Shown one piece after another: positions 10,880 through 19,053 of a stretch of 64,000 nt of DNA. The DNA lies in the IMG/VR virus record IMGVR_UViG_3300032219_000848, positions 38,178 to 102,177 of that record. One strand, 5' to 3'. Below the pieces are notes generated by a model. It was not told the origin of the DNA. It made no database searches and saw only the letters and a list, made by a program, of their open reading frames with translations. The number at the start of each line of letters is the position of its first letter. Position 1 is the first letter of the stretch. Both the position numbers and the translations under genes were made by a program. Source of the stretch: a virus (Duplodnaviria > Caudoviricetes).

Positions 10880-11298
10880 ATGTAGTTGGCATTCTATAGA
10901 ATTATAGACGCTATATTAAGAATTATATTTGGTAAATACAAATGAAAGAGAAAATATTATTAGAGAAATCTCTATAGTGTACATATCATACCATCTAATT
11001 TCTTTCACTCTAAACGATGCACCTATTCCAAAGTCTGTCAATGTATTCACTTTAAAATATATCATATATAAAAAGTTTTTATTTACTAGCCCCCCTTTAT
11101 CCCCCCAAAGGTAATAGAACTTTTTGAATATGCAAAATTTTTGTTCGGGGTGAAAATTTAAAATTTTTTTACATCCCCCCTAGGCATTATGTTCATGAGA
11201 GAGGAGTCCACTTCAGATGATATCCCCTTAGGGTAATTAGGAGGGTGACGTTATCCCCCTGATATCGTTGGCAGACGTATAACTGTCATATTACCCAT
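10880..11298. promoter_or_regulatory. Divergent non-coding switch region between late (minus) and early (plus) transcription
   Basis: Strand switch; ~420 bp without a credible ORF; C/G runs and AT-rich inverted segments. Confidence 0.55.
11266..11288 (+). promoter_or_regulatory. Compact pseudoknot-like leader element (TTGGCAGA family), copy 1
   Basis: CG-TT-GGCAG-A-CG-TATAA-CTGTC, 10 nt before ATG 11299. Confidence 0.5.
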
Positions 11299-11499
11299 AT
11301 GAAAAATTATCAAAAAGTACAAAGAGTGTTCCAAGTATTTCTACTAGTCATCTCACTCTTAGCATTAGCACAGATTTGTTATTTAGTCACAACTAGAGAC
11401 TATAGTAACAATGATCTGATTCTCATTGGCATCTTCTGCATGCCAATGATTATGTCAGTGTTCCTTGCAATTGATTTACTAAAACAAAAACTAAACTAA
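11299..11499 (+). CDS. Small two-TM membrane protein (first early gene)
   Basis: Two hydrophobic segments. Confidence 0.6.
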   Translation: MKNYQKVQRVFQVFLLVISLLALAQICYLVTTRDYSNNDLILIGIFCMPMIMSVFLAIDLLKQKLN

Positions 11500-11543
11500 C
11501 AACTAAACCCTTGGCTGGGGGGCAATACTCAGCCACAATTATT

Positions 11544-11885
11544 ATGTTATTCCCAATCTTAGTAACAAAAGTGGTAGCAAGACATACTTACTATCTTGGC
11601 CATTCACACACAGACTTAGGATACTACAGAGTGGTCATTGATAATGATGTGATGCTTAATGACTTTGGACATTCAAGAGATTATCCATTGTTCGATCGTG
11701 ATTGTGCTGACATCAAGCCATTCGTAGCACTATGTAAGCTTGATAAGTATGAGCGATGGTCAGTGAAGAGAGTAGATCATGACTATCGTAAGTTCACAGA
11801 ACATCACCAAGTATGGAAAGATTCGTTCAGCAGATCCAACACCTTTAGTATTACAGTTAAATCAATCAATTCACAATTAAATTAA
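11544..11885 (+). CDS. Hypothetical early protein
   Basis: Likely start ATG 11544 just after the leader hairpin at 11513-11534. Confidence 0.6.
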   Translation: MLFPILVTKVVARHTYYLGHSHTDLGYYRVVIDNDVMLNDFGHSRDYPLFDRDCADIKPFVALCKLDKYERWSVKRVDHDYRKFTEHHQVWKDSFSRSNTFSITVKSINSQLN

Positions 11886-11891
11886 ATTAAA

Positions 11892-12155
11892 ATGAAAAAT
11901 CAATTCGAGTACCAATCAATCTATTTTACAGATGAATACATGATGGAAGCAGATTATGACATGGCATTAATGATGAAAGATGACTGCATCAAACAGTTAA
12001 TGGCATTGCGAACATTGCTACCATTAATGTTACCTGATGAAACATTGCACTTCAGAGAGCGAGTTAGAAATAATCTAAAAGCTGCACAAGCTGACATTGA
12101 TCATTATGAATCAGTTCATGGCAAGCCAAAAGGTTCATTAGAATCAACCATTTAA
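11892..12155 (+). CDS. Hypothetical early protein
   Basis: A-rich leader, operon packing. Confidence 0.6.
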   Translation: MKNQFEYQSIYFTDEYMMEADYDMALMMKDDCIKQLMALRTLLPLMLPDETLHFRERVRNNLKAAQADIDHYESVHGKPKGSLESTI

Positions 12156-12206
12156 TCAATTCACAACTATTCCTAGCGTGAGGGCTAAATCACGCATATT
12201 AAACAC

Positions 12207-12545
12207 ATGTACTTAATAACAATCTATTACGGATCCTTTGAAAATTACGGATCATCTGAACATCCTGAAGTATTGTTCACTGCTTATGATAAAGATCATA
12301 AAAAGGTAATCATTAACACAGAGTTATTACCTAAAGAATTACTGACTGAGGATCAAAGCGTTCGCATGCCATTCCATTGTTACACATCATGTAGAAAGAG
12401 GAATGATAAATGGGAAAGAATTGCAGACAGATGCTTTAGTAATTACGAAGATGCATTTGAATACGCAAACATGATTATTGAAGGTCTTGAATACGAACTT
12501 CATGAACTTACAGGAATAGTTCAGCAGAATAAATCTTTAAATTAA
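12207..12545 (+). CDS. Hypothetical early protein, probable diverged member of the local paralog family
   Basis: YxI..GSF, PFHCY and ER...F motifs echo 13702/14263. Confidence 0.55.
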   Translation: MYLITIYYGSFENYGSSEHPEVLFTAYDKDHKKVIINTELLPKELLTEDQSVRMPFHCYTSCRKRNDKWERIADRCFSNYEDAFEYANMIIEGLEYELHELTGIVQQNKSLN

Positions 12546-12597
12546 TTAATCAATTCACAACCAACCCTTGGCAGAGGTCAACTGCCGTAATACAAAT

Positions 12598-13299
12598 ATG
12601 AATGCATACATAATTCAATCAGGACATTTCTCTAAAGCAGGGAATTTCATGGGAATCTCAGTAAAAGGTGAAAGGATTCACATCTACAAGAAGGACATTA
12701 TTAGACTATTTCCACAAGTTGGAATAGTCTATCGATGCTTGGGACAATACGAGAAGGAACTAGTCAAGTTACCATTCTACTGTCTAGCAGAAGAGAAGAC
12801 ATTTGATCAAATTGATTTCGATGGAAATAAGACAGGAGAGAAATTTACTAGACTTACAGCCATTGAGATACGTGAGCATGAGTACGAGATTAAGACTGTT
12901 CTAGTTAATTCTAGAATCGTGAGTCTAGAGATGGACTTACATTGCTGTAAACAAGACTATGATAAGTTACAGGAAGAGTATGATGCACTTGTAGCAAAAG
13001 TAGAAGACTATAATGCTAATGCTGAACTAAATGAATGCAGGATGGTGATTGATCATCTCACAAATCAGATTGAGGATCTAGAAGAAGAGAATGATAAACT
13101 TACTCGTGAGCTACAAACAGCAAACTGGAACTATGAGTATGCTCAGTCAGAACGTGAAAGACTAGAGCTATTATGCAAAGAGCATGAGTATACAATAATA
13201 GAACTGTTAAAAGATAATGATGAACTAGAGAAGTACAAGAAAACATTTGAGACAGTTCTGACATCATATCATATTAATCAATTAATTAATAACGTTTAA
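12598..13299 (+). CDS. Paralog-family protein with a long C-terminal coiled coil
   Basis: Start ATG 12598; GxFS..GNF.G...GERIHIY, PFYC, TGEK.TRLTA shared with 13702/14263. Confidence 0.7.
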   Translation: MNAYIIQSGHFSKAGNFMGISVKGERIHIYKKDIIRLFPQVGIVYRCLGQYEKELVKLPFYCLAEEKTFDQIDFDGNKTGEKFTRLTAIEIREHEYEIKTVLVNSRIVSLEMDLHCCKQDYDKLQEEYDALVAKVEDYNANAELNECRMVIDHLTNQIEDLEEENDKLTRELQTANWNYEYAQSERERLELLCKEHEYTIIELLKDNDELEKYKKTFETVLTSYHINQLINNV

Positions 13300-13312
13300 A
13301 CAATAAATAACA

Positions 13313-13615
13313 ATGGCAAATTACCTAACATTATTTGACAAGACCTCTAAGGAGGCAGCATCTCTCATTAGCATTGATGAGAGAATCTGTAAAGAAGTGT
13401 ATCACGTAGAACCTCATGATAAAGATTGGGGATCTGATGTGTTTGATTGGTACAATACAATTGGCTTCCAATTATCAACTGGTAAAAGCATAGAAGAAGT
13501 TAGACAACACTATGTCACTTCTGACTTGTGGACAGAAGAACTTCCTACAATACTTCCTGTAATAGAGTTCTTAGAGAATAATTACACACCAAAAGCATCA
13601 TGGCGTTGGTCATAA
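13313..13615 (+). CDS. Hypothetical protein
   Basis: ORF with A-rich leader. Confidence 0.6.
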   Translation: MANYLTLFDKTSKEAASLISIDERICKEVYHVEPHDKDWGSDVFDWYNTIGFQLSTGKSIEEVRQHYVTSDLWTEELPTILPVIEFLENNYTPKASWRWS

Positions 13616-13701
13616 TGTTCATTAGAAAATCCTTTTAATAAAATAAATTAATTAATAAACAACTAAAATGGGAACAGGAGAAATAGCTGAACAAAAAAAC
13701 A

Positions 13702-14085
13702 ATGAAGAATTACGTAATTAACAACGGATCATTTACTGCACAAGGTAACTTCTCAGGATACACTGCCATGGGAGAACGCATTCACATGTATGCTAGACAG
13801 ATGTCATCACTAGACTGGGAAGCAAATGAGGATGTGAAGTATCCATTCTATGCAATTGCAAAGGAGAAAGAGATTGAGCCACTAGGAACTGATGGCAAGC
13901 CAACTGGAGAGAAGACAATGCGATTAACAGCATTGTCAGTATTCAAGAGTAAAGCTGACATCACGAGTGCTAGATCCGAAGCAGCATTGCTTGACATTGA
14001 GATTACTAAATCCATTCAAGAGCAGGCAGAGAAGGTTGGCATTAGTCAAGATGTCCTTGACGTGCTACTAGCAGCATCAGTGTAA
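13702..14085 (+). CDS. Paralog-family protein A (127 aa)
   Basis: About 80% identical (26 differences in 127 aa by hand count) to 14263-14646. Confidence 0.8.
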   Translation: MKNYVINNGSFTAQGNFSGYTAMGERIHMYARQMSSLDWEANEDVKYPFYAIAKEKEIEPLGTDGKPTGEKTMRLTALSVFKSKADITSARSEAALLDIEITKSIQEQAEKVGISQDVLDVLLAASV

Positions 14086-14093
14086 TGCTAAAC

Positions 14094-14154
14094 GGGAGAG
14101 GAAATGTTCTCTCCCATTACTAACCAAGAGAGGGGCACATGCCTCTCTCTTTTT
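14094..14154 (+). terminator. Tandem hairpins, second with U-tract
   Basis: GGGAGAG..CTCTCCC then AGAGAGGGGC..GCCTCTCTCT-TTTT. Confidence 0.6.
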
Positions 14155-14262
14155 CCCTCGTCTTGTTCATCAGACTACATCCCTATAGATATGGGAGTAT
14201 AACTAATATGTAGTTATATATCTAAAACTTATATTTATAAACAATTTAAAATTAAAATTATC

Positions 14263-14646
14263 ATGAAAAATTACGTGATTAACAATGGTACGTTTACAGG
14301 TCAAGGAAATTTCTCAGGCTATACAGCTATGGGAGAGCGTGTGCACATCTATGCTCGTCAGATGGCTTCATTAGGATGGGAGATGAGCGAAGATGTAACT
14401 TTTCCTTTCTATTGCATTGGTGCAGAAAAGGAAATTGAGCCATTAGGTTTAGATGGTAAGCCTACAGGTGAGAAAGCAATTCGTCTAACTGCTCTATCTG
14501 TATTTAAAAACAAGGCAGATATCACTCAAGCTCGTAGTGAATCTATTATGTTAGACATAGAGATTAACAAATCTATTGCTGAACAAGCTGAGAAAGTAGG
14601 TATTAGCCAAGAAGTGTTAGATACCTTATTAGCTGCTTCTATTTAA
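14263..14646 (+). CDS. Paralog-family protein B (127 aa)
   Basis: Near-duplicate of 13702-14085. Confidence 0.8.
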   Translation: MKNYVINNGTFTGQGNFSGYTAMGERVHIYARQMASLGWEMSEDVTFPFYCIGAEKEIEPLGLDGKPTGEKAIRLTALSVFKNKADITQARSESIMLDIEINKSIAEQAEKVGISQEVLDTLLAASI

Positions 14647-14659
14647 TAGTGTGTGTAAT

Positions 14660-14692
14660 ACAAGAGGGGGAATAAATCCCTCTCTTGTTTTT
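14660..14692 (+). terminator. Intrinsic terminator
   Basis: ACAAGAGGGGGA..TCCCTCTCTTGT-TTTT. Confidence 0.65.
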
Positions 14693-14929
14693 ATATATAT
14701 AGTTAAACAGAAGATTATATAGGTAAAATAATAAATACATATATAATATTTGGTTTTAAAAAGTTTTTACGCGGAGCTTACCAAATATTCTTTGGTTTTT
14801 ATATGTTTGGGAAAGCATTAAATGGTGGTAGTGTAACCCTTCAACAGATAAATAGGTAAATTGAATAAACCTAAAAAAGACATAAGTTTAAATTATATAG
14901 CATTAATAACCCTTTTAAATAACAAAGAT

Positions 14930-15157
14930 ATGTATGCAAGCAGAATGGGAGTTCATAATATGTTCTCTAATCAAAATGAGTCTGAATATGTCATTATTAA
15001 TAATGAACATAATAGTCATCGTGCAGCTCAGTTTAATATAGCTTACGAAGGTGGGTTTTTAACTCATGTAGGTGATGGCTTTTTTAAAGTAAAGCGTATT
15101 GTTGCCAATAATCTAGGTCTTGTCATTATGTGTGATGCAGATCAAAGAATGTATTGA
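14930..15157 (+). CDS. Hypothetical protein
   Basis: Likely start ATG 14930 after CCTTTTAAATAA leader. Confidence 0.5.
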   Translation: MYASRMGVHNMFSNQNESEYVIINNEHNSHRAAQFNIAYEGGFLTHVGDGFFKVKRIVANNLGLVIMCDADQRMY

Positions 15158-15161
15158 GTAT

Positions 15162-15193
15162 AAGGGAGAATAATTCTCCCTTTTTTTTTTTTT
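15162..15193 (+). terminator. Intrinsic terminator
   Basis: AAGGGAGAA-TAA-TTCTCCCTT followed by a long T run. Confidence 0.75.
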
Positions 15194-15216
15194 CAACCTT
15201 TTAAATAAATAAAGAA

Positions 15217-15405
15217 ATGAATAGAGAACATATACATAAACGTATTAATAAGATTAGTAATAGATTACAGAAGTATAAAGCTAACTATGATACAATGTAT
15301 TCTTCACAATATAAACTAGAGAAGAACAGAATAGCTCGTGTTGATCTTGTTATTAGTAGAAATGAGAAAATGTTAGCTTATTATCAATCTTTACTTATTG
15401 AGTAA
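15217..15405 (+). CDS. Small basic hypothetical protein
   Basis: CCTTTTAAATAA leader. Confidence 0.55.
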   Translation: MNREHIHKRINKISNRLQKYKANYDTMYSSQYKLEKNRIARVDLVISRNEKMLAYYQSLLIE

Positions 15406-15502
15406 TGCATCAGTCTATCTTCCCAAAGGATAGCAAACATACGTACCTCCAAGAATAGCCTATTGTGGTGATAGGCAACGTGCGTTTGAATGCAGAGGGA
15501 GA
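15406..15502 (+). ncRNA. Structured ncRNA candidate (multi-stem, possible pseudoknot)
   Basis: Nested stems TGCAT/ATGCA, CTATC/GATAG, CAAACATACGT/ACGTGCGTTTG, GCCTAT/ATAGGC; loop TCCC complementary to 3' GGGA. Confidence 0.45.
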
Positions 15503-15640
15503 TTTTATACAAGCTACCTTAGTAGCATACTTTTATTAGTTGGCAGATCTAGTTATCAAGAACTGTCTATCTTTTATGGTGGAAGGATAAAACCATTATT
15601 TATAACATTGTATTTTCAAACCTTTTAAATAATAACAAAA

Positions 15641-15949
15641 ATGAAAACATTTAATGATTTAGAATTTACTGAAATAGTAAATGACTATACTGTTAATGGT
15701 AAAAGAGCACGTATGATGTTTGATAATGGATATGGTGTATCTGTTGTACAATCAGACATGACATATGGTGGTAAAGAAGGACTATATGAATTAGCTGTAT
15801 TAGATGATGAAGAAGGTGGTCAGATCTATTATACATCAATAACAATGGATGTGTTAGGTTGGCTTACAGAAGACGATGTAACAACACATATGTCTGAAAT
15901 ACAAGGCTTACCATTATTAACAGCTGAAACTGATAAATCAACCTTTTAA
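15641..15949 (+). CDS. Conserved phage hypothetical protein
   Basis: FDNGYGVSVV...YGG.EGLYELAVL motif common in phage early genes. Confidence 0.7.
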   Translation: MKTFNDLEFTEIVNDYTVNGKRARMMFDNGYGVSVVQSDMTYGGKEGLYELAVLDDEEGGQIYYTSITMDVLGWLTEDDVTTHMSEIQGLPLLTAETDKSTF

Positions 15950-15960
15950 ATAATACATAT

Positions 15961-16167
15961 ATGTTAATTACAATGACTAGTATGATATCAAAAACTACAT
16001 CCACTAAGGATGTTGATATTACAATAGAACAACTATTTAGAATAAAGCATGAAAAAGAGCTTATACAAAATGTTGTTCCACATCTGTCTATAGAAGATAG
16101 AGAGTTTTTAATATCTGGTATAACATCAGAAGAATGGAAAGAATTGTTTCACACTATAGAAGACTAA
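15961..16167 (+). CDS. Conserved phage hypothetical protein
   Basis: LIQNVVPHLS..DREFLISGIT..EW motif. Confidence 0.65.
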   Translation: MLITMTSMISKTTSTKDVDITIEQLFRIKHEKELIQNVVPHLSIEDREFLISGITSEEWKELFHTIED

Positions 16168-16257
16168 ATGAAAAACGAACTTATGGAATTGTTATGTACC
16201 ATCATCTTCATATTGATTGTTGTGATGTTTAGTATTCTTATTGTTTCAACTCTTTAA
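16168..16257 (+). CDS. 29-aa single-TM peptide (not in ORF track)
   Basis: Starts immediately after the previous stop; MKNELMELLCTIIFILIVVMFSILIVSTL. Confidence 0.45.
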   Translation: MKNELMELLCTIIFILIVVMFSILIVSTL

Positions 16258-16272
16258 ACTTTTTAAATCATT

Positions 16273-16476
16273 ATGAAAGCAATTATTATCATTCGTTGGT
16301 TCATCATTATATATATAGTGACATTTTTGTGTCTTGATTTGTACATCATCACTAATTCAGATGTTGTTACAAAGTATGGCTGGGATAATATACAATTAAC
16401 ATTATTGTGGCTATTTGCTTTTATGGCTGCATCTGTGTTATATGTTACAATTAGTACAAACCCAAGGAGACAATAA
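16273..16476 (+). CDS. Small two-TM membrane protein
   Basis: Two hydrophobic helices. Confidence 0.6.
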   Translation: MKAIIIIRWFIIIYIVTFLCLDLYIITNSDVVTKYGWDNIQLTLLWLFAFMAASVLYVTISTNPRRQ

Positions 16477-16536
16477 TGTCTCTTTGGTTTAAATTAGTAA
16501 ACAGATTTTTTATTCACATATTTTAAATAAACAAAA

Positions 16537-16752
16537 ATGAGAGCACTTTTAAAAAAACAAGAAGACAAAAAAGAAATAGTTAGATATTGTACAATTGTAT
16601 CGCCTGTACAAGTAGAAGAAGCACGAAAATCAGGTGATTCTAGAGCAAAGATTCTTGTAGAAACCCACATAAATACACGTGGTAAAAAACAAGAACCGTT
16701 CTACAAAAAATTAGATACAATTGAAGTGGAGTATTCACAACTGAAATTTTAA
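16537..16752 (+). CDS. Hypothetical protein
   Basis: TTTTAAATAA leader. Confidence 0.55.
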   Translation: MRALLKKQEDKKEIVRYCTIVSPVQVEEARKSGDSRAKILVETHINTRGKKQEPFYKKLDTIEVEYSQLKF

Positions 16753-16851
16753 TTGTATAAGAAATTCACCATTACCTAAAGCACAAAGTCTCGGTGTGAG
16801 TAGGGAGAGAGCAAATCATAGTTATACAAGTTGGTGTGAGTATAACTATAT

Positions 16852-16956
16852 AGTCAGGTGGCGGAATAATGGTAGACGCAGGAGTTCTGAAAGCTCCACG
16901 TAAGATGTAGCGAGAGCTTTGATCATCTCATGCAGGTTCGAATCCTGTCCTGATTA
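16852..16956 (+). tRNA. Atypical class II tRNA or tRNA-like gene (Leu-type body, apparent TGA anticodon, oversized variable arm)
   Basis: Acceptor AGTCAGG/CCTGATT, D-arm GCGGAATAATGGTAGACGC, anticodon stem GGAGT/GCTCC, T-arm GCAGG-TTCGAAT-CCTGT; no encoded CCA. Confidence 0.7.
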
Positions 16957-16989
16957 CTAAAATTATTTTTTAACTTAAATTACACACAC

Positions 16990-17217
16990 ATGTCAAATCA
17001 CGTATCATTGTATTCTTCTCTATTACATAGAAAAGGATATGCAAAGAAGTCAGCTTGGTTAGAATTTATATTCAATGACCAATGTACACACATTGAACTT
17101 ATTGTTCAAGGAGTTACTTACAGTTTTTCAGATGTTAGTCATCTACATACAGACGAAAGTCTTATGCATGATGAGATATTTGATGATAACTGTCTGTTAG
17201 TTCCTACAAACATATAA
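16990..17217 (+). CDS. Hypothetical protein
   Basis: ORF with A/C-rich leader. Confidence 0.5.
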   Translation: MSNHVSLYSSLLHRKGYAKKSAWLEFIFNDQCTHIELIVQGVTYSFSDVSHLHTDESLMHDEIFDDNCLLVPTNI

Positions 17218-17299
17218 GATTTATGTGTGTAGTCCTGAGCATGACACAAAACTGCTCAATTATTAATTCTTTTACATTTAATATAGCATTCTTATAAAT

Positions 17300-17470
17300 A
17301 TGAAATATTTAGATAAGTTTATGGAAGTATACATTTGGTTAGCTATGGCTATTCTTATGTTGTTAGCATGCGTACAGCACATTGATGCTGGTAATACATA
17401 CACAGGATTTTGTATGTTGTTTATAGGAATAGTATTCTTATATATGTTTAAAAAGAATAGGTTTAATTGA
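17300..17470 (+). CDS. 56-aa two-TM protein (not in ORF track)
   Basis: MKYLDKFMEVYIWLAMAILMLL...FCMLFIGIVFLYMFKKNRFN. Confidence 0.5.
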   Translation: MKYLDKFMEVYIWLAMAILMLLACVQHIDAGNTYTGFCMLFIGIVFLYMFKKNRFN

Positions 17471-17498
17471 TTTTCATAGAAGGGTTTAAGCGTAAAAT

Positions 17499-17530
17499 AA
17501 AGGGCTGATGTTATACGTCAGTCCTTTTTT
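17499..17530 (+). terminator. Intrinsic terminator
   Basis: AAAGGGCTGATG..CGTCAGTCCTTTTTT. Confidence 0.7.
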
Positions 17531-17557
17531 GTTTTCCCTTCTAATAACAAACATTTT

Positions 17558-17848
17558 ATGGAACAATTAAAATCTGGTGTTAAGATTAAATTTATAGTGG
17601 GTGATGATTTCTATGTATATGAAGTTAATCCTAGTTATTTAGAATTAAAAAAAACTTCAGGAGAATATAGTAATGCTGCTATATTCAACGCTCTTGGTAT
17701 TAGTGAAGATGAAAAATACGAATTAGCTACAAAATATTATGGCTATCCTGTATCACAAGGTGTTTGGCCTTCATATAGAGATTATGATACAGCTACAGAG
17801 TTAGTTAAGCATTTATATGATTTATGTAATATTCACAATACTAAATAA
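17558..17848 (+). CDS. Hypothetical protein
   Basis: ORF. Confidence 0.55.
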   Translation: MEQLKSGVKIKFIVGDDFYVYEVNPSYLELKKTSGEYSNAAIFNALGISEDEKYELATKYYGYPVSQGVWPSYRDYDTATELVKHLYDLCNIHNTK

Positions 17849-17935
17849 ATAAAAAATGGAAGATTTAATTTGTCAAATTTCATACTTTCTATTAGGAATA
17901 TTAATAGGTATGAAAATTCACAGTTTATTACGAAA

Positions 17936-18298
17936 ATGAGAGCAATAGTTATTGACGCATGGTCCAACGATGTAAGGGAGGTTACAATTGTTGATGAAGC
18001 TAGTATGTTAGAACAAATGTACGAGCTTATTGGATGTTCAACTGTAGAATGTGTGAGTTTACCTGGAGGTAATGACCTTTGGGTAGATGAAGAAGGACTT
18101 TTGTTCTTAACAGAAAACAGTAGATTCTTTACATATGGGCAAGTTATGCCTATACATGGAAGAGGAATTATTTTAGGATTAGATCGTAAGACAGGAGAAT
18201 CTAAGAGCACAAAACTGAAACTGGAAGATGTTACAGATGGTGTTGACTTTTATTCTATAGATGAAGTACGACAACTAGTTAGAAAAGAAGAGTATTAA
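17936..18298 (+). CDS. DUF3846-like protein
   Basis: LIGC..VE...DLWVDEEGL...I.G.GII motif; start at ATG 17936. Confidence 0.65.
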   Translation: MRAIVIDAWSNDVREVTIVDEASMLEQMYELIGCSTVECVSLPGGNDLWVDEEGLLFLTENSRFFTYGQVMPIHGRGIILGLDRKTGESKSTKLKLEDVTDGVDFYSIDEVRQLVRKEEY

Positions 18299-18315
18299 TT
18301 TTTAAAAACACACAA

Positions 18316-18951
18316 ATGGAAAAGATTACATTTAATCATGACTCAATCGAAATCTACGAGTCATTTAGTTTAACAAAAGAACAGGCTGATAAATTAGAGT
18401 CTGTTATTGTATTTGAATCAATCGTTGCAAATTCTATTATTAATAGAGATTACAAAGATGATGAAAGTTCAGCACCTCGTGTATTACGTACAAAAACAGG
18501 TGTGTTGTCACGTTCTCTAAAGTATGCAGCTACAGAAATGGAAAGATTATTCTTAACATTTGTATTTGCTACAAGAGCTCAAAATGCTAACACAATATTA
18601 TCTGCTGTAGATGCATTTAATGATGCATCTACCAACTATGAGTTAAAAGCTAAGTTAATTAAACATGCAGAAAAACATTTTGGTGATAGAATGTCTAAAA
18701 GCATGATTGAGAAACATCTTGAAGAAATGATAGCTAAACAAGGTAGACCATTGAAGCAATTTAAGAAACTTGTTCGTCAAGTGGAGAATTCTAACTATGA
18801 TTTTAGTTTATTTAAAGCTATGATTGATGAAGAAGAATCATCATCATATATCATGGAAATCATAGAAGATACAATGCAAAGCATTGAAAGGCTTAAAGAT
18901 GAAGGGATGTTTAAAATGGGTTCTCGTGATGATGAGAATGATGAAGATTAA
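18316..18951 (+). CDS. Hypothetical protein
   Basis: 211-aa ORF. Confidence 0.65.
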   Translation: MEKITFNHDSIEIYESFSLTKEQADKLESVIVFESIVANSIINRDYKDDESSAPRVLRTKTGVLSRSLKYAATEMERLFLTFVFATRAQNANTILSAVDAFNDASTNYELKAKLIKHAEKHFGDRMSKSMIEKHLEEMIAKQGRPLKQFKKLVRQVENSNYDFSLFKAMIDEEESSSYIMEIIEDTMQSIERLKDEGMFKMGSRDDENDED

Positions 18952-19053
18952 CAGTTGTGTGTGAATCAGAGGATAAGAGGGTAGCATATAAAATTGCTAT
19001 CCTCATTCTCAATTAAACACATTATAATTTAAAACTTAATTAATAACAAAGAA

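Noticed and set aside
10929-11114. 61-aa ORF in the divergent region
   Set aside because: TTG start, no typical leader, low-complexity translation
13702-14646. Duplicate genes as a DGR template/variable pair or assembly duplication
   Set aside because: Differences are mostly synonymous and not adenine-specific, and the DNA is too diverged for an artefact
4351-17291. ATATAGCATT motif at about 4353, 14895 and 17281 as a phage promoter
   Set aside because: Few copies, inconsistent orientation relative to genes, plausible by chance in AT-rich DNA
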